A stretch of 45,647 nt of DNA from Thelocarpon superellum. Its lineage: Eukaryota. Each line of letters starts with the position of its first letter. Position 1 is the stretch's first letter. Location: NCBI GenBank assembly GCA_026025795.1, contig JAPEUG010000002.1, positions 124,001 to 169,647 on the forward strand. Reading direction: 5' to 3'. Below are positions 30,431 through 42,634 of the stretch, piece by piece. A model generated the notes under the pieces. It saw nothing but the letters and a program-made list of their open reading frames with translations. It did no database searches and was not told the DNA's origin. A program made the translations under genes and the position numbers.

Positions 30431-33400
30431 TTAGCCACGCGGCGAGCTCGGCGAATATTTGGGTGAGGTCCTGCGCGTGGTTAGTGACGACGTCCGGGCG
30501 TCAAGGGGCCATCGCACTCACGGGGACCACTTAGGAGACGACGCCGAGTATGGCGCCGAGCCCGGGGAGGTGGGCGAGTGGTTGAACGTCGGCGACGTCG
30601 GCGAGTAATGGCCCGCGGGACTCTTGGGGCTGTACATCGGCGACGTCGGGCTGTAGCTGAGCGGCGACGTGGGAGAGGTGGGCGAGCGTTGCTTGCCGGC
30701 CGCCCCGCCGCCAAACTGCGGACTCGTCGGGCTGTAGACGGGCGACGACGGGCTGTAGCTGGGCGACGTCGGACTGTAGTTGGGCGACGTCGGGCTGTAG
30801 TTGGGCGACGTGGGCGAGTAGCTGGGCGACGTGGGCGAATATGACGGCGACGTGGGCGACACCCCTTGTCCATACGCCGGCGACGAGGGCGAATAGCCCG
30901 GCGACGTCGGCGTGAAGGCGGGACTGGCGGGCGAGAAACCGGGCGAGGCCGAGTACCCCGGGCTGCTCATGCTCATGCTCGGCGACGACGGCGAGTAGCG
31001 GGGCGAGGACGGCGAGAAGCCAGGCGAGGTCGGGGACGTGTTGAACGGGCTGCTGGGCGAGTAGCCGCCGCCCGGGCTGCGGGCCCCAGCGTGTGGGCTG
31101 AAGGCCCCGCCGAAGCCGGGGATCATGCCGACGGTGAACTCGCTGGGCGACTCGGCACCCGAGTTGACGATGGGCGAGAAGGAGGCACCGTAGTCGGGCG
31201 TGCCATAACCACCCTCCTGTAGCGGCGACCCCCCGTCGTAGGGCGTGGCCGCGCCATCGACCACGCCGGCTTTGACGCCCATGGTCGGCAGGATGCCCAG
31301 CCGCGCGTTGTCCGAGATGACCGTGTCCAGCATGCGCTGGTCGAGGAAGACGTCCAGCTCGCCCGTGCCGAGCGGCGCCAGCTGCCCCAGCATCACGTTC
31401 TCCGACACGCCGCGGCAGTCGTCCAGCTCCCCGCAGGCCGCCGCCTCCAGCAAGATCTCCACCGTCTCCTCAAAGGAGCAGCGCATAAGCGCGCCCGTGT
31501 CCGCCCGATTGATGCCGTGCCGCGTGATGGCCATGAGGTGCCCGCGCGACGTCATGACGTCCACCAGGAGCGCCAGATGTCGGTGGTTCACGTACGAGCC
31601 GTCAAAGGCTAGCACCTGCGTCAGCTCACGCAGCAGCGCCGACCGCGTTGCCTCGATGCCAAAGACCTCGAAGATCTCAATGAAGGAGTTGGAGTAGGTC
31701 CGGCTGGTGTCGACGCCGGGGATGGCCAGCACACGGCCCAGGGCGGTGCCGCTCGTGTCGAGAAACCACTCGTTGCACAGCGGGTCTTTCTTGCGCATGA
31801 TGAGCGCCCCGTCCTCGGCCTCGCGCAGCTTGGGCTTCTGGTTGAGGAAGGCGCGCTCGATGCCGGGCACGCCGCGCAGCGTCAGCGTGTCGAGGATGTG
31901 GCTCTCGAGCCGCTTCAGCATCAGGTCCTCCTCCAGGTCGTCGTCCTCGTCGCGTTTGCCGTCGAAGTTGGCCCGGATCCGAATCACCTGCTCGTCCGCG
32001 TTGTTGTCGCTGAAGATGATGGCCAGATCCTTAGTGTAGTTCTCCTTGATCTTCGCTGCCACCTCCGACACCGTCAAGCCCTTGTCTAGCAAGCTGCGCC
32101 GGTCGAGCGTAATGCGCAGCAGCCAGCGCGACTGCAGCCGCGGGTCATCCATCGTGTCCTCAGGGATGAGGAAGAAGGAGTCCACCATGTCGCGGTCGGC
32201 GTCGATGACCGTCTCCTCGATGACGGGGTCGTAGTAGATCTCCGTGCTCTCCGTCACCGACCGTAGCGTCGTGTGCTCAATGGCGCTGCGCAGCGACTTG
32301 GCCGTCGTCTGCACGCCCGTGTTCTCGGGTGCCTGGTAGACCTTCATCGACGGCGTTTTGATGTCCTTGGCCACGTTGAGGATCTCCTTGAGCCGCGGCA
32401 CACCCAGCGTCACGTTCTTCGACGACACACCCGTGAAGTGGAAGGTGTTGAGCGTCATCTGCGTCGCCGGCTCGCCGATCGACTGCGCCGCCAGCACCCC
32501 CACCATCTCGCCCGGGTTGACGGCCGCGCGCTTGAATCGACTCTCCACCTCGCCCAGCACCCACTGAAACGCGAGCCGGTTGAGCGAGTACTCCACCACC
32601 ACCCGCTTGAAGGCGAGGCGCGAGCGCAGGTGCGCCTTGAACAGCAGCGTCGCGTTCTCCTGACCCTCGCGCGACAGCGCGTCCGTGCCGCGAACGACCA
32701 CCAGCGAGTCCAACAGCGCACGCACCGCCGGGATCACATCGCGCGGGTGCAGATCGCTGCGCTGGTTGTCCTTGATCCGGAACGTCGTCTTGGCCGTCTC
32801 CAGGATGCGCAGGATGTTGAGCGGCAGCTGCATCTGCTCGCCATCGTCGACCCGCGTCGAGCGCAGGAAGGCCCGGTCCGCCTTGAGCTGCTCCCACTCC
32901 TCGTCTAGCAGCGCCTGCAGCTCCAGGTCGCCGGCAATCTCCGCCGCCTGCTCCAGGTAGGCCGGCGCGATGCCGGCGCCCTCGTCCGTGAGGTCGACGC
33001 GGTACTTGGCGGCAAACTGCGCGTCGGAGCTGACGATGCAGTCGACCCGCTGCTGCTCGATGTGTGCGCCGTCCAGCCCGTCCTCGCCGTACACAAACTG
33101 CACCACGTCGCCCAGCGAGTTGCGCACCGTGCCGTCATACTTGGCCATGACGTCCTCGAGCGCCTTGACCAGACGTCGCTGGATGTAGCCCGTCTCGGCC
33201 GTCTTGACCGCCGTGTCGATGAGACCCTCGCGACCCGCCATGGCGTGGAAGAAGAACTCGGTGGGCGTGAGGCCGCGCAGGTACGAATTCTCCACGAAGC
33301 CGCGCGACTCGGGCGAGTAGTCGTCCTTGGTGAAGTGCGGCAGTGTGCGGTACTTGAAGCCAAAGGGGATCCGCTTGCCCTCGACCGACTGCTGGCCCAC

Positions 33401-35873
33401 CACCGCCGTCATCTGCGAGATGTTGATGGTGGAGCCCTTGGAACCCGAGCGCGCCATCTGGATGGCGTTGTTGAGATCCTTGAGGCTGCGCTCCGTCTCC
33501 GTACCCGCCTCGTCGCGGGCGTCGTTGAGCGCCTTGGACACCTTGCTCTCAAACGTCTCGCGCACGTTCATGCCCGGTAGCGGCTCGAGCTCGTTGGCCG
33601 TGGCGCTACGCGTGACCTCGGCCGCCTCAGCCTTCTTGCGGTTCACCGCATCCTCGATGTGCTGGATCGTGTCTTTGTCGGGGATGGTGTCGCCGATGCC
33701 GACGCTGAAGCCGTTGTGCAGCATCCAGTAGTTCACCACGGCCTGCGCGCCGTTGAAGAAGGACATGGCCGCCTCGGGACCCTTCTCGTTGAAGACAATG
33801 TGCACGATGCCCCCCCCGCTGGCGCCGACGGACTTCTTGTTGAGGAGCCCGTACATGAGGTCGCCGCCGTGCACGAAGAGACCCTCGTCGTTCAGCGGCG
33901 ACAGACCCTCCTCGGTCGTGCGCAGCAGGTTCAGTCCCGCGGGGATGACGAGGCTGATGAGCTGCTTGCCTGTCCAGCGCGCCTGTGGCTTGAGCACCGC
34001 CGGCGGCGGGATCACGCCGTCCCAGTCGGGCACCCAGAGCAAGATGTTCATGACCTGCTCCTTGGTGAGGAAGACGTCACGCCGGCAGATCTTGTAGATA
34101 CCGCACAGCGTGTCCTGGATGATGCCCATTAACGGCCCGTTGCGCTGGGGCGACACGATGTTCAGCGGCACCATGCAGAGCTGATTCACCTCCGCCCGCG
34201 TCTCCTCGCTCTGCGGCACGTGCAAGTTCATCTCGTCGCCGTCGAAATCCGCGTTGTAGGGCGAGGTCACGGACAGGTTGAGCCGGAAGGTCGAGTAGGG
34301 CATGACACGCACGCGATGGCCCATCATCGACTCCTTGTGCAACGACGGCTGCCGGTTGAAGATGATGAAGTCGCCGTCGATGATGTGCCGCTCCACCTTC
34401 CACCCGTACTGCAGCGAGATCTCGCCCGCGCGTTTGTGATGGCGCAGATCGATCCGCTCGCCCGTGTCGCGGATGACGTAGCGTGCGCCCGGGTGCTCGT
34501 TCGGCCCGTTGCGCACCAGCTGATGCAGCTTGTGGATGTTGTAGGGCGTCACCGTCTCAGGGTAGGTCAGCGTGCGGGCGATGCTGCGCGGCACGCCCAC
34601 CTCGTCCAGCGACAGGTTCGGGTCGCCCGTGATGACGGTGCGAGCGGAGAAGTCCACCCGTTTGCCCATCAGGTTGCCACGTAGCCGGCCCTCCTTGCCC
34701 TTGAGGCGCGCGCGGATCGACTTGACTGGCCGACCGGACTTCTGCAGCGCCTGAGGCTGGCCCGCGATGTCGTTGTCCATGTAGGTGGCCACGTGAAACT
34801 GCAGCAGCTGCTCGAACTCGCTGACGACATGCGCCGGCGACCCGTCCTGCTCGCAGCGGCGCACGTTGCCGTTCGCGCGGATGATGTCGCCCAGCTTGTA
34901 TGTGAGATCGTCCTCGCCGCGCATGCCCTGCCCCGTACCGTCCACCGAGATACTCGGTCGTACCGGCGGCGGCGGGACGGGCAGCACTGTGACGATCATC
35001 CACTCGGGCCGGGCGTAGTCGTTGCTCAGACCCATGCGTCGCACGTCCTCGGTTGAGATGAAGCGGAAGATGCTCAGGGCCATGGCCGGGGTGATGGGCC
35101 GGCGCTCCTTCTCGCCTTCGTTCTCTTCGTCCTTGGGGATCTTCCACGTGCCCCAGAGCTTGAGCCCTTCACGGCGCACCTCGGGCTGCGTGTTGCCACA
35201 ACCGCCATGGCTACTCTTCTTGGCGCCCTTACCGTCCGCGTCATCACCATCGTCCGCCAGGGCATCCATCTCGCACACCATCTTGGGCTTGCACAGCTTC
35301 CAGATGGCGTTGAAGCGCCGCTTGGGATCACGGTAGCGAAGGGCCTCGGCGAAGTCGGGATTGCTCTGGACGAGGTTCACCAGCGTTAGCACGGGCACGC
35401 CGAAGACCATGCGCCATCCCGTGCGGGACGACTCACTTCATCGAGCTTGATCTTGCCACAGTTGTGGCACACCGTCTCCAGAATCTTCTTGACCTTGGTC
35501 ATGAAGCCGATGTGGAAGACAGGTGTAGCGAGCTCGATGTGCCCAAAGTGGCCCGGACATTCGGACATGCCTTCATCACACGTGGCACACTTGAACGCGC
35601 GGTCGATAGACCCCAGGTGCGGGTCATTGAGGCCACGCTCGCGCGGCTTCTGCTTTTGTTCGTCCTGCGCACATCAGGTCAGCAACGAGGCCAGAGCAAG
35701 CGAGCGGGATGGGGCCGTGGCCAAGGCCGTCGCAGCGCGCTCACCATGGTCTCGGGGTACTCGATGTGCTGCACGCTCATGTTCTTGATCTCCTCTGGCG
35801 ACAGCAGGCCAAACTGGATCTCCTGGATGGAGCGTAGCGGCGCGCTGGAGTATGAGAAGTTGAGATTCGCCAT
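30431..35873 (-). CDS. RPB1: RNA polymerase II largest subunit, 4 exons
   Basis: Exons 35873-35745, 35664-35437, 35365-30522, 30470-30431. Zn motif ECPGHFGH, catalytic NADFDGD, bridge helix [17 protein letters not shown], trigger loop [11 protein letters not shown]-terminal YSPTSPS-type heptads. Confidence 0.98.
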
Positions 35874-36060
35874 GTTTGCGTGGATGTGTGGTCAGACTGC
35901 CGATGGTGGCGATGGAATGTGACGCAGCGAGACCACTTTCGCTCGGGACCACGTCGGTGGCGGCGCACGGTCGTTGAGCGCTCCCGGGCGTCGAGACGTG
36001 GATGTCCTCACCGTCACGCCGGCGCCCTCGATGCTGGCGAGTGGACGGCGATGCGTGCGG

Positions 36061-36105
36061 CGATGCGGGCGATGCGGGCGATGCGGACGATGCGGACGAT
36101 GCGGA
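36061..36105 (+). repeat. 9-bp tandem repeat (CGATGCGGR)x5 upstream of the RPB1 ATG
   Basis: cgatgcggg x2 then cgatgcgga x3, about 190 nt upstream of the start codon. Confidence 0.9.
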
Positions 36106-37008
36106 GCGGTGGCGCCGCCGGCCCCGGCTGACGGGCCTCGACACGGCCAGGCACCGGGCGACCGGGACCCCCTCTGCGCGCGCGTGTGAATCGATCGTGA
36201 TCGTAAAACGAGTGTTGGGACCGTGGGCGAGCGAAGGAATGCCGGCAGAAGAGAAACCACGATGATGAACGCGGTCTTCTCGGCCTGGTTGATGGTCGAT
36301 GAGAGGTGGAAGAGAGGGTTGGGGGGAGATGACTCCTGTGAAAGAATCGTGACAATAAAGAGCCGCAGTAGGACGGTTACGAGGACGCTAGTATAAGTAG
36401 GGAATAGCGTCCTCGTCGCCACGGCTGGCTGACTCATATCCTTCGGCGTTTCACCTCTTCTTCCACCAATCACGTTGCGCTCACTTGCTTCGATCTGTCC
36501 AATTGCCAGCGGGTCGCTCCTCCCAATGTTCCATGCCATCCGGACTCCATAACATGACATCGCACCTTTTGATTGCTGAGCGGGCCCTGGCCACCATCAA
36601 AGCGGGGGTACCCGTAGCTACAAGTAAATGAATGTGCAACCAGAAATGGGAATCGGGTTCAGTGACATTGACGACTCTCAAGGGTTCTTGGGTGGCGGAC
36701 GGGGTGCTACCCAAATCTAAATACGTTGGGACAGCGTTCGCAGTCCTTTTCTCGTCGGGCCTGAGTTGAAGATTTAGTCCTTTTGGGAATGGCCCGTCAT
36801 AGTGGGTGATCAACGAATAGGGTGAGCGAGAGCTACCATACGGGAATTCGTACGCTAGACGTAGCTGGCGACGCGATATCAAGCGACTCTCACGCACCCA
36901 CGCTCCCACGCTCCCATGCATCCAGACCTGGTGGGCGCCACGATGGTCTGATCCCATGCCTGCCCGATTGCATGCGCCGCAGTCAGAACGACGAGCGGCG
37001 GAGAGAGC

Positions 37009-38636
37009 ATGAATCTCTCGCTCCTCGACCCTTTTGTGCTGGCCCAGGACTATCCCGAGTCCCTGGCCGGCAATCTGCACAGCGGCCATGCGACCTGCCT
37101 CCGCTTCAATCGCACGGGAGACTTTCTGGCCTCGGGCCGCGTCGACGGCACCGTCGTCATCTTTGACGTCGAGACCAATGGCATCGCGCGCAAGCTCCGC
37201 GGGCACGCCCGCCAGATCCAATCGCTAAGCTGGTCCCGCGACGGACGCTTCTTGCTCAGCTCCTCGCAGGACTGGAAGTGCGTGCTCTGGGACCTTCAAG
37301 ATGGCTCGCGCGTGCGGACGGTGCGGTTTGAGGCACCCGTCTACATTGCCGAGCTACATCCCTTCAACCAGTGCGTTGCCTTCCCACGCGGCGGAGAAGA
37401 AGAAGTAGAGGCTCAATTGACATTGATGCTAGCCTCCTCTTCGTCGCCTCGCTCTTTGAGGACCAACCGGTCTTGGTGGACATGAGCGCTGCCATCCCCG
37501 TCAAGCGCGTCCTTCCCTCCGCCCCGAAGCGATCGGGCCTGCCGGGGGCCGCCGACGAAGCGGCGACGACGAAGCAGGCGCAACAGGACGCCAAGCAGAC
37601 CACGTGCGTCACCATCTTCTCCTCCTCAGGCTCGCATATCATCGCCGGTACCAGCAAAGGCTGGCTCAACATCATCTCTACCAGCACCTGCCAGCCCATC
37701 TATTCGACCCACCTGTGCAACGGGGTCGTGATCTTCCTACGCCTCACCGCCTCGGGCCGCGACATGGTGGTCAACTCGAGCGACCGCATCATCCGGGTCA
37801 TGCACATGCCCCATCTGGCCCATCCCGATTTGGACCCCGAACACATCACCATTGAGGTCGAGCATAAGTTCCAGGACGTGGTGAATCGCCTCTCGTGGAA
37901 TCACGTCGCCTTCAGCTCGACGGGCGAATATGTCATGGCCTCGACCTACAAGAACCACGACATCTACGTGTGGGAGCGCAGTCACGGCTCGCTCGTCAAG
38001 ATCCTCGAGGGGCCTAAGGAGGAGCTGGGTGTGGTGGAGGTCCGTCGTGCCCACCCCACTGTCCCCATTTGCATACGGACACGTTGACGGTGCTAACCCA
38101 TGCCACAGTGGCATCCCAACCGACCGTTTGTGGCTGGGTGCGGACTTGAATCGGGCCAGATCTACCTCTGGTCCATCAATACGCCGCAGCGGTGGAGCGC
38201 CCTGGCCCCAGATTTCGCCGAGGTGGAAGAGAACGTGGAATACCTCGAGCGCGAGGATGAGTTTGACATCCACCCCATCTCCGTCATTCACAAGCGGCGT
38301 CTAGATCTCGAGGACGAGGACGTGGATGTCCTGACCATCGAGCCGGTCAAGGCCGGTGAATGGGGTCCAGCGGGCGAGGAGGAGGGAAATGCGATGCGAC
38401 CGCATGGTGGCGCCGCCTTCCGCATGCCAGTCCTGCTCGATCTGAGCGACAGCGAGAGCGAGGAAGAGATCGTCGCCGTCGGCCCGGGTACGATGCGCCG
38501 CAAGAGCCCCGGCGCTGGGCGCGAGTGGGCCGAGCACGAGAGCGGCGCTAGCGGCGAGGACGATAAGGGCCTGTCCAAGAAAGGCGCAACGACGAACGGC
38601 ACGACGAAGCGGAGCCGCAAGCGCAAAGCCGACTGA
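37009..38636 (+). CDS. SWD1: COMPASS/Set1C WD40 subunit Swd1 (Cps50/RBBP5), 3 exons
   Basis: Exons 37009-37370, 37433-38039, 38109-38636. MNLSLLDPFVLAQDYPE, WD40 repeats, HKFQDVVNRLSW, GSLVKILEGPKEEL, WSALAPDFAEVEENVEYLEREDEFD; basic C-terminal KRSRKRK. Confidence 0.96.
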
Positions 38637-38647
38637 TGCGCCCTGAC

Positions 38648-40088
38648 TCATCGATGAATGATCTGAACGTCTCCCAGGTCTTTCAACCGCTTCAGCACAT
38701 CCTTCTCGCTAGACTGGGTCTCGGTGCAGATCTCGTCGAAGCAATGCATCCCGTTCACGAAGCGTCCCAGCGGGACCTCTGCCGCTCGCGCGTCGCCTCG
38801 CTCCTGGCCAGTGGCGACGTGGTGGGCGAGGGTCGGGCGCTTCTCCGCGGCACCCGCACCACTGGGCGCCACGGCATACTTGTGCACGCGGTAGAGGAAG
38901 CCCTTGATGCAGCCAAAGGTGATGAATCGACGGATGTCGATGGAGGCCACACGGGTGGCATGTTCGATGCACCAGGTGCGTAATGGGAGCCGCACGTGGA
39001 GTGAGCTGTACAGGGCGAGGATGTCCGCTGGCGGTAGCGGTGGACCTGTCGGGACGTGTCAGTCCGGTCGTTCGAGCCGCGGGGCACGAGGCGTGCCTAC
39101 CCGTGGCGGCGATGTAGGTCGCACACTCATACTGCATCGTCTCATCCTCGAAGAGCATGCCGATCTCGGCGGTCGGGGCGTAGACGGCGCTGAATTGGAA
39201 GATGTCTAGCATCAAGAGACAGCCGTAGTAGCTTTCGATTTGTGGCCCATCAGCAAGCCGTGCATCGTGCATCGCGGGAAGCGCGTGAAGGAGAGCATGT
39301 ACACACATCAGATGCTCCACACACTTGCGCACCAGCGTAAAATCGGCGTCGGCCAGCTCCGCAATGCGCTTGACCGAATTGACACCGTCGATGTAGGGGA
39401 TGATCTGTCCATCGTCGTCAGCGCCACATCCACGTTCCTCCCGCACGCGAGGGGCCTGTACCCGCTGCATCGTCAGGTCCCAATTGACATCTATCAAGGA
39501 CTCGAGGCGGACAGTGGACAGGGGCACGTGCCACGCCTTGACAGGAGGCGGGGGAGGATAGAGGGGAAACAGCTTGATGTTGATGGTGTTGAAATCATCA
39601 ATGGGAATCATGCACTCGCAGTAGTTGTTCAGATCCTCGAGGATGATCTCACATAGGGCGTACACCTTGCCCTTGGCTCCGACCACCCCGTCCGCCCCGT
39701 CCGTCCCGCCGTCGCGACTTAGAAATTCCCCGTGCTCCTCAAGGCTGCGGAAGAGCTTGGCCAGCTTGCGCACCACCGTCATGTAGCTACTGGCATCGGT
39801 CTCCTCCTCGAGGACGATGGCAAAGTTGAAGATGAATTCATTGCGATCATATTTGCGCGAGGTGATGCATACCGGGTAGCCCAGCACGCGGTATCGGTTC
39901 AGCGTGACGGAGATGAGCCGATCGCAGAGTTCTTGTCGAGGGATCAAGAACGATGACAGGGCATCAAAGTCAAAGAGGGGGAGCTGGGTCGAGGTGGGCG
40001 AGCTCACGATGGATCCGTCGGGGACTTGGTAGAGTACCCGGGGACCCTGGCGGGTCAGGAAGCGACTGAAGAAGATGGACTTGATCAT
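38648..40088 (-). CDS. NPR2: Nitrogen permease regulator 2 (SEACIT/GATOR1 subunit, NPRL2), 4 exons
   Basis: Exons 40088-39462, 39404-39307, 39231-39101, 39045-38648. MIKSIFFSRF...GPRVLYQVP, YDRNEFIFNF, EDLNNYCECMIPID, WDLTMQR|IIPYIDGVNSVKRIA, DIFQFSAVY, IDIRRFITFGCIKGFLYRVHKY, HCFDEICTE. Confidence 0.95.
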
Positions 40089-42634
40089 GGCCACCCGGCG
40101 TCCTTGAGCCGCAAGCTGTGTCGACCCGCTCTCTTCCGTGGGAACGAGGATCTACGAGCTCGTACTGAAAGGTCGGTGCGGCGCATATGATCTTTCTTGC
40201 AGATACAAGGCGCGACGTCTCGTCGGTCCAACCGGATGAGCGGTCGCGGAATCGGCCAGTTCTACCCTGGACTGCTGTGCTTGATGGGACGGGACTCACG
40301 GTCTGGTCGGAACCGATTTCTCCACGTGATGCTTCACTCGTCTAGCAGTCCTTACCGGCAGTGCGCCCGGGTGCGTCCCCAGAAATGCTTCACAGCTGAA
40401 TGCCTGTCCATAGCCGCGAAGTTTCGAGGTGCACTCCAACGCAAAGAACTACCGTACTCTGATGGCGTGCTTGACAACAAGCTCTCGCAGTGCCATCCCT
40501 CAGAGGAGAGCTTTGGAGCGTTGAAATTCCCCGCCAAGAGGTGAATGGCGGCTCGAGCCGAGAAAGAGTTGAAAATTCAACCAATTCACAGCCCCGTCCG
40601 TCATGCTGGGTACCTACCAGGATAGTATCTGATCTTGGGGCAGGTAGAGCAGCCTTCTTCGAATAGGCAAGGAGGGGCGTACAGGGTTTCTGCGCGTTGG
40701 TGCACATCCAGCCACGGAAAGTGGCAAACACGTCCCGCCGGTCAAGCGAAGAAGCATGCTCGGAACCATTCTGCTGAACAGCAGGGGTAGGCTCTTACTC
40801 GTCGGTTACCTGACCCCATACCCTGGCGGCGCATACGCAGACCGAATAACGCGATGCCATCTGGTGAGAAGTCCTCGCACCGGTCCAAAGCGGGATGGAA
40901 GGTCAATGATTATCATTGAGACCCACCATTGAGCCAAGTGCCAAGTCCGAATTACCTCATTCGGACGGGATCTCTCTCTTAGTGCCTCTACCCCTCTGCC
41001 GTTCCTGAGCCACCGTGGGGCCAAGGAGCTGGTGTCGACCAAGGTCTAACACAGTGGGCCGTGTGCCCCCATGACACAATGAGAACAAGGCGCTCACAAG
41101 GGGAATCGAGATGGGTCCACGACCGACGGGGACACCCATTACTGGCGAAGGGCGCCGGGGGCCGTGCATTTGAATACTAGTTCCGGGGCGCACGGGTGGC
41201 GTTCGGTTGGCAAGTTGGGCGGCGGGGGGGGACATTATTGTGCCGTGTCGGGCGACAAGAAGGTCTTCATGAGACGTGGAACAGGTGACAGGCCCGTTGT
41301 ACGAGACCCATCGTGGGGACTACGCACGACCAGTGATGTAGCCAGAGGAGGCGGGAGGGTAGGAAAACCATGTGCAGATAGAAACTCGTAGAGATAAAGG
41401 AAAAGCTTGCCACAACGGATGCACATCATTCGCGTCCACCACCTGGTCCAATCATGACGCAGAACTACCGCGTTGCTCAAACGAGAGAGAAATACGTTCC
41501 GTCTCGTACGTCATGGAACCCACCCTATCTGTCGCAAGGGAGGCTGGCCGCTGCTCGGTTAGGGCAAGAACCAGCGCCAGTGAACGCATGCACAGAACCC
41601 AGCGTAAAACGGGGAGGACTGCGCCGAGAAGTGGGCATCAGTGGGGGCGCTTGCCCCAAATCGCGGGACGTTCGAGGTGTCCAGCACATGGCAAAAGCTT
41701 TCCATTCGCCATGGCCGACAACTCTTCTCCACCAAACACCGCCAGAAGCGTGCTCGCAACGGCGCCGTGCTACTGCGGCTCTGCCGTGTCCATGGCAGCC
41801 GCCATGACAGGCCGCTTGGGCCCATCCGGGATCGCGAGAGTGGGGATTACGTCTTGCACCCATACTGCCGAAAGCTTTCCCCCGGCAGAGGCGCCGTCCC
41901 GTGCGGCATCGACCCGACCGCTGGCCCGTCAAGCGACGTCACAGTTACCCTGTGGACTCAGTCATCGCCAACAACTAGGTCGATCATCCAACCGCGCAGC
42001 ATCCAACCTTGCTCGATGCCAAGCTCCTCGCTCCTCAACGCTAACGCACCTTGGTTGTTGGTCACTATCGCCAGCATCAACTCTTACCCCCCGTCCCCCA
42101 TGCATACACTACGCACTGCATCGACTGGGATCTGGGGCCTCCCCGGGCCCATGGCCGCCCCAGCCGACCCAGCGCCGTCAGGGCTCCATGGTCGATGGGG
42201 CCTCGGCGAAGGAACGAGCATGACCACCGGTCGTCCATGCACCGCCGATCTGATCCACCACGGGAGCTCGTCACGCACAGGCACGGGACGAGCGCGGTCA
42301 GTCCTATCCTGGCCACGGCGCCAGACGATCCCAGGAGCTAAACACCCAGCCTCATGGTAGTTCATGCTTTCGTGGGACACACCGACGCGTATATCATGGC
42401 GCTGGAGGGCCCATCCATCGTCGACGTCCCTGGCGCAGATTTTCATCCCTCGGACGAGCTGATCTGCATCTTCTCGACCCACATCTTGCATTCTCATCGC
42501 CGGCCGATGCTGGTGGGTTGGCCTTCCCGGTCTTCCCAACCCGGTGGCTGCGCTTAGACCCCCCAATTCCCATCGCCGATAGCGCAGCACCTTGATCCAG
42601 ACAATTCTCGGGGCCAGGAAACGACGCCGCCGAC

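Noticed and set aside
38644..38650. TGACTCA (Gcn4/AP-1 site) between the SWD1 and NPR2 stops
   Set aside because: Partly formed by the NPR2 stop codon and located at 3' ends, not in a promoter.
41372..42360. Overlapping 283-aa and 239-aa plus-strand ORFs
   Set aside because: Arg/Ser/Pro/Ala-rich composition typical of GC-rich non-coding DNA, non-ATG starts, no domain motifs.
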